Shown here in pieces: positions 47,763-60,316 of a DNA stretch of 64,000 bases. The DNA comes from Azolla caroliniana (Eukaryota > Plantae > Polypodiophyta): NCBI GenBank assembly GCA_043228905.1, contig JBHGNT010000017.1, positions 15,562,001 to 15,626,000 on the forward strand, written 5' to 3'. The stretch's first letter is position 1. Each line of letters starts with the position of its first letter. Position numbers and translations under genes: made by a program. The notes beneath the pieces were generated by a model, which worked only from the letters and a program-made list of their open reading frames with translations, ran no database searches and was not told where the DNA came from.

Positions 47763-50700
47763 TGTTGAATGCGGGCTTCTAATGGACGTATTCACACCGT
47801 CTCCTTTTGTACACACTAGGCTTAAAGACTATTTATGTAAATAGTGAGAAGGGCAGTTGCCCTAAGTCAGTTACTATATAAACTGACTTTGTAACCCAAT
47901 TAGTGGTTTGTTGCTTTAAGTTGTAATATACTCTTTACATTGTGCCTAACCGTCTCTCTCTCTTTGGCGTACTAGTTGTATTTTTTGTCTTTGTTGCTAT
48001 AGATGTTACGATCTTGTATCTACTAACGATCTTATAGGAGCTTATAGAAGAAGAGTGGGGATCTTGTTCCGCATTAGATGACGGTGATCCCAACATTTGG
48101 TATCAGAGCTTGGTATTGTTTGATTCTGCTTCCGCCATCTATCTAACTTCCATTGGCAACTCTTCTGTTGTACACCTTGAAGATCTCGATTGGCAACTCC
48201 TCTTGAAATTACATCTAACGAAGAGAGACAACCGAAGGTCTGCACTCCATTGTTCGAAATCACCCTAGAAGTAAGTCAGTCAACTGTACTTCGACTCTGT
48301 GATTGTCGTTGCTCGGAGTGAGACCCTTCTCTTGAACAGGCCACATCCGTGCCTTACTCGATTAGGCAGAAATCGAATAGGTCATCTGACGCTATCTCCT
48401 CACTTGCCGTAACCACTCAAAGCAAACATGACTCCAGGGGCAACTCCAATCTGTGTTCCATTCGGTTGAACGACATTCGGGAGGACCAGCAGGCTCGGTC
48501 CCTCTCATCATTGCAATTACTTGAAACAGGATCAGACTGGAAAATCGCACATAATCCATGTTGGGAAATCTCGGAAAATTGACATTCAAAATCAGACAAT
48601 CAAATCCGGGTTCAATTTGACTAAGTCAATTGACTGTAGTTACTCCGAACAAGATTCATCTATATTCGAAACCGACACGACTTGTGTCCAACTCCAACTA
48701 GAACAACATCGAGTGAGCCTGACTGTTGCACTCCACCATAGTTCGTAGCGGACTCCGGACAAAGCCTACTCAACCAACACAGATGGCATCAACATCCGGC
48801 TCGTCAGAGATGAGTCTACGGAAGTTCGACAGATCGAACTTCAACTTCTGGAAGGAGCAGATGCAAGACTATTTAATAGTCAAGGGGCAAATTGACCCCA
48901 TTGAGAATGAAGACCCTCTGAAGGACACAAGGCCCTTGAATGGGAAAAGCTCAACAAAATCATCCAAGCCACCATTCAGATGCACCTATCGGAGTCTGTG
49001 TACTTCATGGTGCAATCGTGTTCGACTACCTTCCAACTATGGAAGACACTTTCGGACACTTACGAAAAGAAGGTTGCCGCCACCAAGATATACCTGATTC
49101 GGCGCCTTTATAACGTTCGGATGAAAGAGTACAATTTGGTCCAAGCACACCTCAACGAGTACGAAAGCTTAAGGTCCCAAATTGCAGCTCAGGGGACAAT
49201 CATTGAGAATGAACTAAACGCAATGTTGCTTATGAGTAGTCTCCCTTTGTCGTGGGAAACTTTCGTCACGACCGTGTGTAATGCGTCGACCACGGCCATC
49301 AAGTGCTCTTCAATCATGAGCTCAATTCTGACTGAAGCGGCTCAGAGAAAATTGTTTGCTAACGATTCAGCCAACAACGCTTACATAGTACAAGGTTTGA
49401 CTGACCAATCGAACAGCTGTGGAAGAAGTTCTTCATGGCAGCCGAACAATCAGCGAAGTCTGAGCAAGTCCTAGGATAATCAAGTCTGCAACTACTGCAA
49501 GAAACCTGGACACATCAAAGCCGATTTTCATGCACTCAAGGCCAAAAACAATAAGCCTCAGAGAGCCGAGCAGAAGAGTGGCCGACACGAGGAGATCAAC
49601 TATATCAGCTCTTCGGCTGAACTACTGACAAACGACCCGAATATACTATGATCAATTGAGAACTCAGTCGAATCAAAAGTTCTGCTTACGACTGAAGAAT
49701 CGAGCACATGGCTCTTAGATTCGGGTGCGTCCTTCCATGTGACTCCTCATCGATCCAAATTTCAGCAATACACAACACGACATTCTAACTCAGTTCAAGT
49801 AGGAAATTCGCAACGCTGTGACATAATTGGAATCGACACGGTAGAGCTCAACCTTGCAGGTGGCTCTACATTAGTACTACGCAATGTCTGACATGTACCT
49901 CAGCTCTCAAGTCCATTGATCTCGTTCAGACAATTGGATGAAGACGGCATCCGTGCTGGCTTCTCATCAGGAGGGTGGACGCTCCACAAAGGGAACCTCC
50001 CGCTTGCTCGAGGACTAAAGATACACTCATTGTATCCTTTGCACGTCACTCTCAGAGAGGGTGACCTATTTTTGGTTGACATTCCCGTGTCATCACTCTG
50101 GCACGGACAACTCAAACACCTCAGCAAGGTCGGCATCACGCTGTCGTGAAGAAAACCGTCCACAAGCGGAATCGGTGCACCGGAGCGTAGGAACCGGCTC
50201 TTCATGCACGTACGCCTTATGTTGTACATAGAAGATCCTAGGTAGGTAGATTCGGTAGGTAGGAAGTTAATGGGAAACAGCTCCTTCCTTGCCTATAAAA
50301 GGAGGGAGACGAGGAAGGGGGAAGGGAATCGCGAAGTAAGAGAGGACGAAGTGCTGTCGGATTGTGGGCCGAAGTCTTCTCTCTCTTCCATACTCCGTAG
50401 CTTCTTTCTGTGCAGGTTTCGTGAGGCTCGCGCTGCTCTGAGGAATGCTCGAGTGCTTCCGGCAGCACCTCCAACCTACTCCTTTCTTTCTGAGCGTTTG
50501 CGAACAGGCATCGACATCTGTTCGCCGGCCTGTTCGGTTGTAACCGACTTCGTGCTTCTCGTTGTTTGTCTCTGTTAATATATACATACATACCTTCGTG
50601 TCTCTCTGTGTTGGTTTCCCGCTCGCGTCTTCGTGTCGAAGGGCCGTGTCCCTGTGGATCTACGCTCGCAGCTAGTGGGTCTCTTCCCTTCTCCTTTCTC

Positions 50701-50772
50701 TCTTGCTCTTCGGTACAAGACCCCCGAGGTCCCGCCTCATTCCACGCATCCGCGAGGAATACCTCGACATCT

Positions 50773-50790
50773 TGGTGAACCCGACGTGAA
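50773..50790 (+). promoter_or_regulatory. Primer-binding site for tRNA-Trp
   Basis: TGGTGAACCCGACGTGAA is the 18-nt complement of the plant cytosolic tRNA-Trp(CCA) 3' end (...TTCACGTCGGGTTCACCA), 3 nt after the LTR. Confidence 0.85.
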
Positions 50791-50812
50791 AGAGGTGGCA
50801 GGAGAGCAGAAG

Positions 50813-52939
50813 ATGAAGGGGTCGGATCTTGCGGAGGCCATGGCTTCGGCCGTGGATCGGATATTGAGCGCGTGCGAGGGCACCGGCGCCCTCGACAGAG
50901 CCATTGAGGTGGTCATCGGTACGATCGGCCGGTTCAGCGGAAAGGATGCTACGAAGTATTTGGCGTCCTACGGGGCAAAAATGCTGATGCGGGACATTCC
51001 GAAAGAGAGGCGTCTGGCCGGGTTCCCCCGAGTGGCGATGCCGAGCATCCATGAGGAGGTGCTCGAGGTACGGGCGGAGAGCCGTACCTGGGAGGAGTTC
51101 GAAGGCCGACTCCTAGAGAAATACGGGCTGGACGACACGCTCCGGCTTTCGAAATGGGACTTCATGGAATGGATGGAGTCCCCCGGCAAGGGAAGAAACG
51201 CGTCGGCACTCCTCCGGGAGTTTGAGGAACGCTTTGCGCGCCTTTCGGCGCTTGACCGAACCGTTCTGGATACGAGCCGGGTCCTACTGTTCGTCAAGTC
51301 GGTGGACGAGCGGGACCGGGATCAAGTCGGCTCCTTGCTAGAAACCGAAGACGGGCTGACGACCGACTGGGCTACGGTTAAGAGAGTCTGTGGCCGTTTC
51401 GACAAACGGCGAGAATGGGCTGACAACGGGGCGACCGGAGCGGGCTCTGTCACAACAAGGAGGCTTGAACCGGCACCACAAGGGCGAAGGGCAGAGACCC
51501 GAGAGTGGCTCGAAACCGGTTCGGCTTCGACCGGCATGGTCAAGGACTCGTCCGGAGGAGCGGCGCTGGAGGAGTTGACGCGGGCGATAAAGGATCTCCA
51601 GATCGCCCAGGCTCGAAGGGAAGGCAGCGAACCGGCTCGTGACCGATGGCCGGCAGCAGGGAACAGGTGCATGTGGTGCGACGAGGTCGGCCACATTCGG
51701 AAGGACTGCGGCGATTTCGCAGAGGCGTTGAGGAACCGGGTGGTATACCTGTGGGAAGGCCGGGTGCATGCCGGCGATACCAGAAGGGCCCTAAACCGAA
51801 ACGACGGGCGAGGAGGTATGAAGAGACTGATGGAAGAGGCAGCGACCCAACACGTGGAGGCCATCCACTACTCGGCGTCGGCCGGTATTCGGGTCGGGGG
51901 CAGCGAGGCCCGAAAGGAGAGCAAAGACGGATTCTGGTCGGCAATGCTGGAAGGCCTCGCCGGCGCACGGCTGAGGAAAGATGAAGCGGACCGCGCTGAG
52001 AGACGGGTCCGGGAAATAACCAGGTGGAGCGACCCGGTCGAGGAGAAGACGGGCTTCGTAGAAGCCGCCTGCGGGAACTACGAGGCTCTGGTAGAAGACA
52101 AACGAGTGGGGAAAGCCGGAGCGGCCGGGCCCTCACAATGGTACGAGACCCGATTCGGGCAACGACGGAACGATGCCGATGGGTCCAGCGCGCAAGATAA
52201 CCCCAGGAAGGGCGGATACCGACTGAGGACGGAAATAGAAAGGACCACGGACCTACGAAAGGTCCTAGAAGAACGGATCCTCGACAGCAAAGTGGAGCTG
52301 TCATTGCAGGAGGTGCTAGGGATCGCCAAGAAGGAGTTCCACGACTCCATTGTGGACTTGGTGAAGCAGAAGAGGCTGTCGACGGAGATGGAACCGGAAA
52401 GACCGGTGGAGGTGCGGACGACGCACATCGACGACTTGGCGCTGGAAGATGAGTGGGCGGAGAGCCACTATTCGAGGCCACACTGGGCCCGAGCGACCAC
52501 GGAGACCCCGGTAAAGATCGGAGATGTTCAGGAACCGGTGGTGGCATTGGTGGACCACGGTTCAGAAATAAACCTGATGTCCATGGACTTCTATAAGAAG
52601 GGAAAGTGGCCGATCAACACCAAGCACGGGTGGAAGATACGGGCGGCGACGCGCGCCACCGAGGAACTGCACGGGGCCTACCCGAACGTGCGAGTCAAGA
52701 TCGGTGACGTCGAGATTGACCAGCACTTCTTCGTACAGGAGACGTCCTCGCACCCGGTCATATTAGGGGAACCATACATCACGGCGGCACGGATGGAGAC
52801 CAAGGTGCTAGACAACGGTTCGGCCTACACGAGGGTCAAAAGCCAGGACGGGCGCCATTCGGTCCAATTTCTGACGGTGCGACCGAACCACGAGCGAAAC
52901 CGTGAATCCCTCGGTGGCAAGAACCGGGAGGATTTTTAG
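50813..52939 (+). CDS. Gag-protease polyprotein of G2b
   Basis: Open frame after the PBS with knuckle CMWCDEVGHIRKDC and protease ALVDHGSEINLM...VILGEPY; ends EDF-stop. Confidence 0.9.
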   Translation: MKGSDLAEAMASAVDRILSACEGTGALDRAIEVVIGTIGRFSGKDATKYLASYGAKMLMRDIPKERRLAGFPRVAMPSIHEEVLEVRAESRTWEEFEGRLLEKYGLDDTLRLSKWDFMEWMESPGKGRNASALLREFEERFARLSALDRTVLDTSRVLLFVKSVDERDRDQVGSLLETEDGLTTDWATVKRVCGRFDKRREWADNGATGAGSVTTRRLEPAPQGRRAETREWLETGSASTGMVKDSSGGAALEELTRAIKDLQIAQARREGSEPARDRWPAAGNRCMWCDEVGHIRKDCGDFAEALRNRVVYLWEGRVHAGDTRRALNRNDGRGGMKRLMEEAATQHVEAIHYSASAGIRVGGSEARKESKDGFWSAMLEGLAGARLRKDEADRAERRVREITRWSDPVEEKTGFVEAACGNYEALVEDKRVGKAGAAGPSQWYETRFGQRRNDADGSSAQDNPRKGGYRLRTEIERTTDLRKVLEERILDSKVELSLQEVLGIAKKEFHDSIVDLVKQKRLSTEMEPERPVEVRTTHIDDLALEDEWAESHYSRPHWARATTETPVKIGDVQEPVVALVDHGSEINLMSMDFYKKGKWPINTKHGWKIRAATRATEELHGAYPNVRVKIGDVEIDQHFFVQETSSHPVILGEPYITAARMETKVLDNGSAYTRVKSQDGRHSVQFLTVRPNHERNRESLGGKNREDF

Positions 52940-52995
52940 AGAGGGCTGCCAAGGCGTGGGGCTGAGATAGTCCGGACACTCGGGAAAGACCCCAC
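52930..52995 (+). promoter_or_regulatory. Candidate -1 programmed ribosomal frameshift signal (G GAT TTT plus H-type pseudoknot)
   Basis: Heptamer 52930-52936 directly before the stop; 6-nt spacer; stem 1 GGGCTG(52943-48)/TAGTCC(52968-73); stem 2 GTGGGG(52956-61)/CCCCAC(52990-95); the -1 frame is the frame of the ORF at 53074. Confidence 0.7.
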
Positions 52996-55900
52996 AGCTG
53001 TACGATAGAACCGAAACCGAAGAAACCCTGTACGATAAGTAAAAAATTTTGCTTCTCCAACAACGGAGGGTGTATGATAGTCGGCATCGTTGGCCGAGAA
53101 AAGGCAAGGGCGGAAGTGCGACTTCAAGCGTGCGGAGTTCTCGGCCCGGACGAGGACATCAGCGGAGCCGTGGAGGCGGTCTCCTTCGACGACACCTTGG
53201 GAATGCTGAGGAAGGTAGCCGGAGAAGACCTTAACGAAGACCGGACGATACCGGTATGTTCCGAAGAGATGTACGATGTCATCGCGAACTTCAGTCAGGG
53301 GCTCGGGTCGGATCGGACGGCCCGAGTTAGCACGAAGTACAAGACTGTGGACCGGAAGGTAAGGCCAGTCGCGGCACCCTTACCGGAGGGCAGCGAATCC
53401 CGAATCAGAGGGGTTGCGTCGGACCCCAGTTTACGAGATCCGGTCTGCATAGGTCACACCTTCACCGACAGGACGCTCCGGGAGCTCAAAATCGATGGGG
53501 GCGGGTCCTGCTGCCAGCAGAAGAAGATCGGTTTCGGAAAATGCTCGGAAGGCACGGGAAAGCCTTCGCATTCTCACCGGGAGAGATCGGGTGCGTAGAC
53601 CCGACAATCGTGGAGCCGATGGTGATATTCACGGTATCGCATGTGCCGTGGAATCTCAAGCCGATTCCAGTACCGAGAGCTCACATCCCGAAGTTGATGG
53701 AGCTATTGAGGCAGAAAGTCGATATGGGCATTCTCGAACCGTCAAGTGCCCCAGACTCGAACCGATGGTTTACCGTACCAAAGAAAAACGGAACATTGCG
53801 CTTCATTCAAGACCTGCAGTTGGTCAACAGAGTGACCATTCGGAACGCAGGAATCGGACCGACCATAGACGAGTTCGCGGAGGCCTTCGCCGGAAGGTCG
53901 ATTTATTCGGTCAGTGATCTGTACTCGGGGTACGACCAGTTCCAGCTAGCCGTGGAGAGCAGAGACATTACGACGATGCGAACTCCCCTCGGCCTAGTGC
54001 GAATGTGTACCCTGCCACAAGGAGGGACCAACTCGGTGGCCCACATGGTGAATGCAATGAACAAGGTACTGAGGGATTGCATCCCGGACGTCACCATGGC
54101 ATTTCTAGACGACATCCCGATAAAGGGGTGCCCGGTGGAAGAGAAGGACGAGACACTCGGGCCGGATGGATGTCGGCGATTCGTGGCAACACACATCGAC
54201 GACTACGAGAGGGTGCTACAAAGGCTAGAGGGTGCGAGGCTCACCTTCTCCTGGGAGAAATCGTCCTTCGGGCAATCAGAAATCCTGGTGGTCGGACACC
54301 TATGTGGACCATATGGCCGGAAGCCGTCTCCGGCAAAGGTAGAAGCCATCTCCGCGATGAAGACCGACTGTAGCTCGGTTACGGAAGTTCGGAGGTTCCT
54401 GGGGGCATGTGCATTCTACCACATATGGATCCCGCATTACGCCCATGTTGCGGAACCGCTATACAGGTTGCTGAAGAAGGGGCGAAAATTCGAGTGGCGG
54501 GACGAGCACACGGAGTCGGTCCGGAAGCTGAAGGAAACTCTTGCGGCAGCACCGGCGCTCCGGAAGGCTATCTACGAGAAGGGTACCCCGGTATACATAA
54601 CGGTGGATACGAGTCCGACCGGGATCGGATGGGTCGTCAACCAAGAAAACGAGGACGGCATTCGGTTCCCGATCCGATTCGGCGCAAAGGTCCTCAATGA
54701 GCGACAGCGAGGGTACGCCCAGGTTAAACGCGAACTCTGGGGTATCGTTTCGGCAGTAAAGGCCGACAAAGACTACCTGATCGGGACAGAAGTGATTATC
54801 GAGACGGATTGCCTGCCAATTCTCAGCATGGTTTCCGGATGCGCGACACCGGACCTGGCGATGCTCAGGTGGATAACGTACATCAAGTCCCTGGACCCGG
54901 AAATACGACACATTTCCGGAAAAAACAACGCCATGGCCGACATGCTTTCGAGGGCGAGGTTTGATGACGAGGGCGGCATGGTTTCGGAGGACGAAGAAGT
55001 CGGCGTGGACTTCTTCGGAGCAGCGTACGTGACGACCGATGGGACGAGCACTCCGACACTTAACGACTTCGACGAGAGCAAGTACGACGGCGAGTGGCTA
55101 CGGATCGGTGGGTTTTTGAGGACAATGACGCCGGATGCGTCATGGACGAGGGACGAGGCCAACCGGATCCGGAAGAAAGCATACCGATTCTTTCTCCGGG
55201 ACGGATACTTATGGAAGCACCCGAAGAAGAGGAGCGGCGTCCCACTCCGGGTGGTGGCGACGAAGGAAGAACAGGAGGAGCTGCTGACGGCCTACCACGA
55301 CAGCCCTTGGGCTGGACACCGTGGAGCGTGGGTCACGTTCGAGAAGATAAAGGGGAAGTACTGGTGGTCGGGACTGTACCGGGATGTGCATCGGTTCGTG
55401 ACAACTTGCGAGAGCTATCAGATGCACTCCGTAGTCCGACATCGGGACGAGCTACACCCTACGTACCCTCCGACCATCCACTTCAAATGGATGGTAGATC
55501 TCGTGACGATGCCGATGGGAGTAGGACAGATGCGGTATCTGGTCCTGGCTCGGGAAGACCTGACGAACCAGGTGGAAGGCCGGGCCCTTCAGAACAAAAC
55601 GACCGCGGCCGTATGTCGATTCCTGATCGAGGACGTGGTATGCCGGTACGGGTGCGTCGGGAAGATCGTGGTTGATCGCAGGGAGTTGGACGCCGAAGAG
55701 GCCGAGGAGCTGTTCGACCGACTAGGAGTCAAGCTCTCGCTTACCACTGCGTACAATCCGGAGGCGAATGGGAAGGTGGAGCGCGGACACGGACCGATCG
55801 TCAAGGCGTTAGTTCGGGCATGCGGAGGTCAAGTCGGGAACTGGCCGCGGCTGTTGCCTTACGCGTTGTGGGCGGACCGAACTACGCACGGTTCGGTAAC

Positions 55901-56432
55901 CGGATTCATGCCGGCAGAGCTCATGTTTGGGCAGAAGCCGATCATGCCGATGGAACGTACGATCTCCTCATGGGCAACCGTGGACTGGAGGGACGAGATG
56001 AGCCGGGAGGAACTGTTGGCGGCGCGCATACGACAGCTTGAGCGAAGACCGGAGGACGTGGAGCAGGCTACGGGAAAGCTTCGGGTGGCAAGTATGAGGA
56101 ACAAAGCCCGGTTCGACCGGACGCACCGGCTCCGACCAAAGAAGATCGAGGAAGGCGATTGGGTGCTATTCTACGACAGCAGCCTCGACAACCAGCACCG
56201 AGCGACACGGAAGTTCGCAAGAAGGTGGTTCGGGCCTTACGTGGTCCAAAGCGCCAACGACAACGGGACGTACCATCTGGCGGAACTCGACAGCACGAGA
56301 ATGGCGATACCGGTAGCTGGGAAGCGGATCAAAGCGTTCAAGAAGCGTCACGACGACGAGCCGGATCCGGTTAACCTGGACAGCGACGACGAACGATCCG
56401 AAACCGAGGAAGAACCGACGGGCGGGGAATGA
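52936..56432 (+). pseudogene. Pol (RT-RNase H-integrase) of G2b, with one TGA (52963) and one apparent 1-nt deletion (about 53506)
   Basis: ORFs 53074..53598 and 53541..56432; DLYSGYDQ, FLDDIPIKG, VDTSPTGIG, YNPEANGKVER, WFGPYVV motifs. Confidence 0.92.
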
Positions 56433-59083
56433 AGGCTAGACCGGTTTTCTCCGTCCCAACTCAATTTGGCGCATGCCGGTGGATGCGCGGTTAGGTAGGG
56501 GCGGATGTCGTGAAGAAAACCGTCCACAAGCGGAATCGGTGCACCGGAGCGTAGGAACCGGCTCTTCATGCACGTACGCCTTATATTGTACATAGAAGAT
56601 CCTAGGTAGGTAGATTCGGTAGGTAGGAAGTTAATGGGAAACGGCTCCTTCCTTGCATATAAAAGGACGGAGACGAGGAAGGGGGAAGGGGATCGCGAAG
56701 TAAGAGAGGACGAAGTGTTGTCGGATTGTGGGCCGAAGGCTTCTCTCTCTTCCATACTCCGTAGCTTCTTTCTGTGCAGGTTTCGTGAGGCTCGCGCTGC
56801 TCTGAGGAATGCCCAAGTGCTTCCGGCAGCACCTCCAACCTACTCCTTTCTTTCTGAGCGTTTGCGAACAGGCATCGGCATCTGTTCGCCGGCTTGTTCG
56901 GTTGTAACCGACTTCGTGCTTCTTGTTGTTTGTCTCTGTTAATATATACATACATACCTTCGTGTCTCTGTGTGTTGGTTTCCCGCTCGCGTCTTCATGT
57001 CGAAGGGCCGTGTCCCTGTGGATCTACGCTCGCACCTAGTGGGTCTCTTCCCTTCTCCTTTCTCTCTTGCTCTTCGATACAAGACCCCCGAGGTCCTGCC
57101 TCATTCCACGCATCCGCGAGGAATACCTCGACAACGCACTTATCTAGAGTCAGATACATCCCCAAACTCTCCTTCTCGAATCATCAATTCTGCGAGCATT
57201 ACCAATACAGCAAACAAACAGCCGTGACACACCCAACATCTGCCCCGAGAGAATCGAGTCCACTCGATTTGGTCCACTCGGACGTATGTGGTCCTATGTC
57301 ACATCAATCCCTCAGTGGCGTTCTGTATTTCGTTAGCTTCATTGACGACTCGACTCAGAAGGTGTGGGCTTATCCGATTAAAACCAAAGATCGTGTTTTC
57401 TCGATCTTTTCCGATTGGCTCGCCATGGTTGACAATCAGTTCGGTCAAAAACTGAAAAGCTTTCGGTCCGATAACAGGCGAGAGTTCAAATCAGAGGAAT
57501 TCATCAAATTTTGTCAACAATGCGGCATACAACAGCACCTCATAGTCTGGAGCAGAATGGAATTGCCGAGCGAACGAATCGGACAATTTAAGAACAAATA
57601 GTTTCCAAGCTCCAACACTCCGAACTGTTGGATGGCTTCTGGGCAAGGGCCCTACTTACTACAGTACACATAATCAATATGTCATCGAGCAGGCCTCTAG
57701 GACTTCGAATAACTCAGGAATTATGGACCGGCAGTAAGCCAAATTACAACAAGCTGAGGATTTTTGAATGTGAGGCATATGCCCTCATCTCGAAAGATGA
57801 TCCCCAAAAACTTGCACCACAGTCCAGGAAATGTATTTTTCTCGGTTATGGATTTAGATGGCGAAATGGGATACCGACTCTGGGACCCTAAACACAGACA
57901 GATTGTCTGAAGTTCGTACGTCGTGTTCAATGAGTCAACTATGCATCAATCGGTCGAAAAGCCGATCAAAGTCCGAAGGGTAACTTTTTCCGATGTGCCA
58001 ACCCTTCCCGAAGGCCCAACGCACAACACACGGTCAGCTTCACGAGTAGTTCAACCTTCAAACACCAACTCGGAGAATTTTGACTTGACACAGCCGAACA
58101 AGTCGGCTTTGGACCATCTGACCATGGCAACCGATGCGACTAGTCCAATCATACCTCAAAGATCCGAGAGACTGTCACAACCCCCGGAGAGATACTCCCC
58201 TAGAATCTTCTTTATGGACGCCGGTGAACCGATGTCATACGAAGAAGCATCAGCGCTAGCCGATTCGGCCACCTGGCATCTGGCAATGGAGTCTGAAATG
58301 AACTCCATTCACGCAAACCAGACTTGGGACTTGGTCGAACTACTGAAAAATAAACGTGCTCTTCCATGCAAATGGGTCTATCGAATTAAGGAGACGTTTG
58401 ATTTGGCCAACCCAAAATTCAAATCAAGATTAGTAGCAAAGGGTTTTCAACAAAAACACAGCATCGATTTCGACGAAATTTTTTCGCCATTGCTGAAAAT
58501 GACCACCCTTCGCTTTATGCTCGACGTAGTGGCAGCCGAGAATTTAGAGTTGATTTGGCTAGATGTCAAAACAGCTTTCCTCCACTGTGATCTCGAGGAG
58601 GAAATTTATATGGAGTACCCGAAAGGCTTTGTGGCATCCGGCCAAGAACATCTAGTCTGCCGACTTGAGAAGAGTCTTTATGGCCTGAAATAGGCGCCGC
58701 GATAGTGGTACAAGAAGTTTGACGACTTCATCCAATCGATCGGCTTCTCAAAGAGCAATGAGGACCATTGTCTCTTCACGAAAACAGCTCGAGATTGATC
58801 ACCCATCTTCCTCATCATCTATGTAGACGTCATGCTAATCTCTAGACGCCATGCTTGCGAACTAGCTGAACTCGTTCGGCAACTGCAGTTGAAGTTTGCC
58901 ATGAAGGATCTCGGTCTGGCACAACACATCCTTGGTATGAAGATAAGTCAGAATCATAATCAACGATAATTGTTTCTGTCCCAGTTCGACTATTCTCAAT
59001 TGGACCATGAAGTCGAAACAAGGAGTACGGACGGTAGGCAATCGGTGGGTGCAATATGTAAGATGTAGAGTTATAGAGAAAAG

Positions 59084-59171
59084 GTTTAGGGTTTGAGTTT
59101 TGGTTTTGGTTTAGGGTTAGGGTTAGGGTTTAAGAATTAGGGTTTAGTGTTTGTTTCGGGCTTAGGGTTTA
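59084..59171 (+). repeat. Degenerate telomere-type repeats (TTTAGGG/TTAGGG); second copy at about 61427-61530
   Basis: GGTTTAGGGTTAGGGTTAGGGTTT etc. read directly inside both direct repeats. Confidence 0.85.
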
Positions 59172-59467
59172 GAGGATAAAAGGGTTTACGATTAAGTGCA
59201 AGAGGGGATAAAGTGAAAAGAAACACCAAGAATCATTTGAGCACACCCAAATCATTTGACAAACTTGGTGTAAGTGAGGCATAATAAGAGATAGAGGAAG
59301 GGGAGGGAGAGAGAGAGAGAGAGAGACGAGGGATTAATCACTAACATTAAAATTAGAAACAAGTTAAAACATAACCATAAGCTAAATAGTCTAGATTAGA
59401 GAGAGGGAGAGATTAAGAAGGAGACTAATTTTCATTAAGAAAAAGGAAAAATTACAAAACGATGGGT

Positions 59468-59528
59468 AATGGTCATGAGCAAACTAGTTTCGCCCCCTAC
59501 GGGGCTCATCAGTGCTACAATGACCATT
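59468..59528 (-). ncRNA. Type I hammerhead ribozyme (minimal stem III)
   Basis: Minus strand: AAUGGUCAU-UGU-AGCA-CUGAUGA-GCCCC-GUAG-GGGGC-GAAA-CUAG-UU/UGCU-C-AUGACCAUU. Both core boxes intact, 5-bp stem II, palindromic AACUAGUU stem III, stem I of 4+9 bp; predicted cut after GUU between 59482 and 59481. Confidence 0.9.
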
Positions 59529-60272
59529 CGGGGTGCATAGGTTTATATAAGGAGTTTTCGAAGTGGCTTTAGAGAAATGACAATATGGAGTGGGGTTGTG
59601 CTTATGGATGTGATTGAAAGGGGGGGAAGATTTGGAGAAGAAGGAAGAGGATTTTATGGGCTTTAATGTGATAAGGGGAAGGCTTTGGTATGAGGTTATA
59701 TTGTAAAAGGAGGGATAAGAAGAAAAGGGAGAGTTTAGGATATAAAATGTAAAAGTGAGGAAATATAAGGGGCATTAAGAGAGAGGGGGAAACAAGGCTT
59801 ACGTGAGATGATGAGAAGGGAATGAGAGAGAGGGAATGAGTAGACAGGGGAGTGAGTAGATATAGGAGGAGAGAGAGTGGGAAAACGTGAAAAAATTAAG
59901 AGAGAGCTTAAGGGGAGAGACAGGAGAGAGATGTGTGTGTAAACTACAAAAAGTAAGAGAGAGAAAGGAAAGAGGAGAGAGGTAAGGGAGAGAGACATGT
60001 GTGGGAAAAATAAAGGGGAAGGCTATACATTTAGGAAGAGGATGGGAGGGGTAGGGTAAGAAAAAGTAGAACATGGGTGAGGGTAGAAATATAAAAATAG
60101 AAAGTTGGAGAAAGAGTAAAAAGAAAACGAAGGGACTTACAAAGAGGAGGCTAAGGATTTAGAAAAAAGGACAAGGAGGGGTAAGGTAAGCAAAAAAAAG
60201 CGAGAGATCAGTGAGGGTAGAAGACTAAAAAAGGAATATGAAAATGAAAGGGTATATTGTGATAAGAAAAAC

Positions 60273-60316
<44 letters not shown>

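Larger units (their letters stand above)
50142..57133 (+). mobile_element. Full-length Ty3/gypsy G2b (628-bp LTRs 50142-50769 and 56506-57133, 4-bp TSD ACGC)
   Basis: TGTCG...CGACA LTRs; ACGC at 50138-50141 and 57134-57137; PPT AGGTAGGGGCGGA. Confidence 0.97.

Noticed and set aside
51322-52547. Long antisense ORFs over gypsy gag, and similar ones over copia pol
   Set aside because: Shadow frames of GC-rich coding sequence with no independent motifs.
53495-53545. Second frame change in G2b pol as programmed recoding
   Set aside because: No slippery heptamer; adding one T gives a natural GGGFLLPAEEDRF reading, so a 1-nt deletion is the simpler explanation.
59084-59171. True telomere or chromosome-fusion scar
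   Set aside because: Short, degenerate, duplicated within the direct repeats of an insertion whose removal restores the copia RT.
58991-59354. Direct repeats as conventional LTRs (TRIM/LARD)
   Set aside because: No TG..CA ends, no PBS and no TSD.
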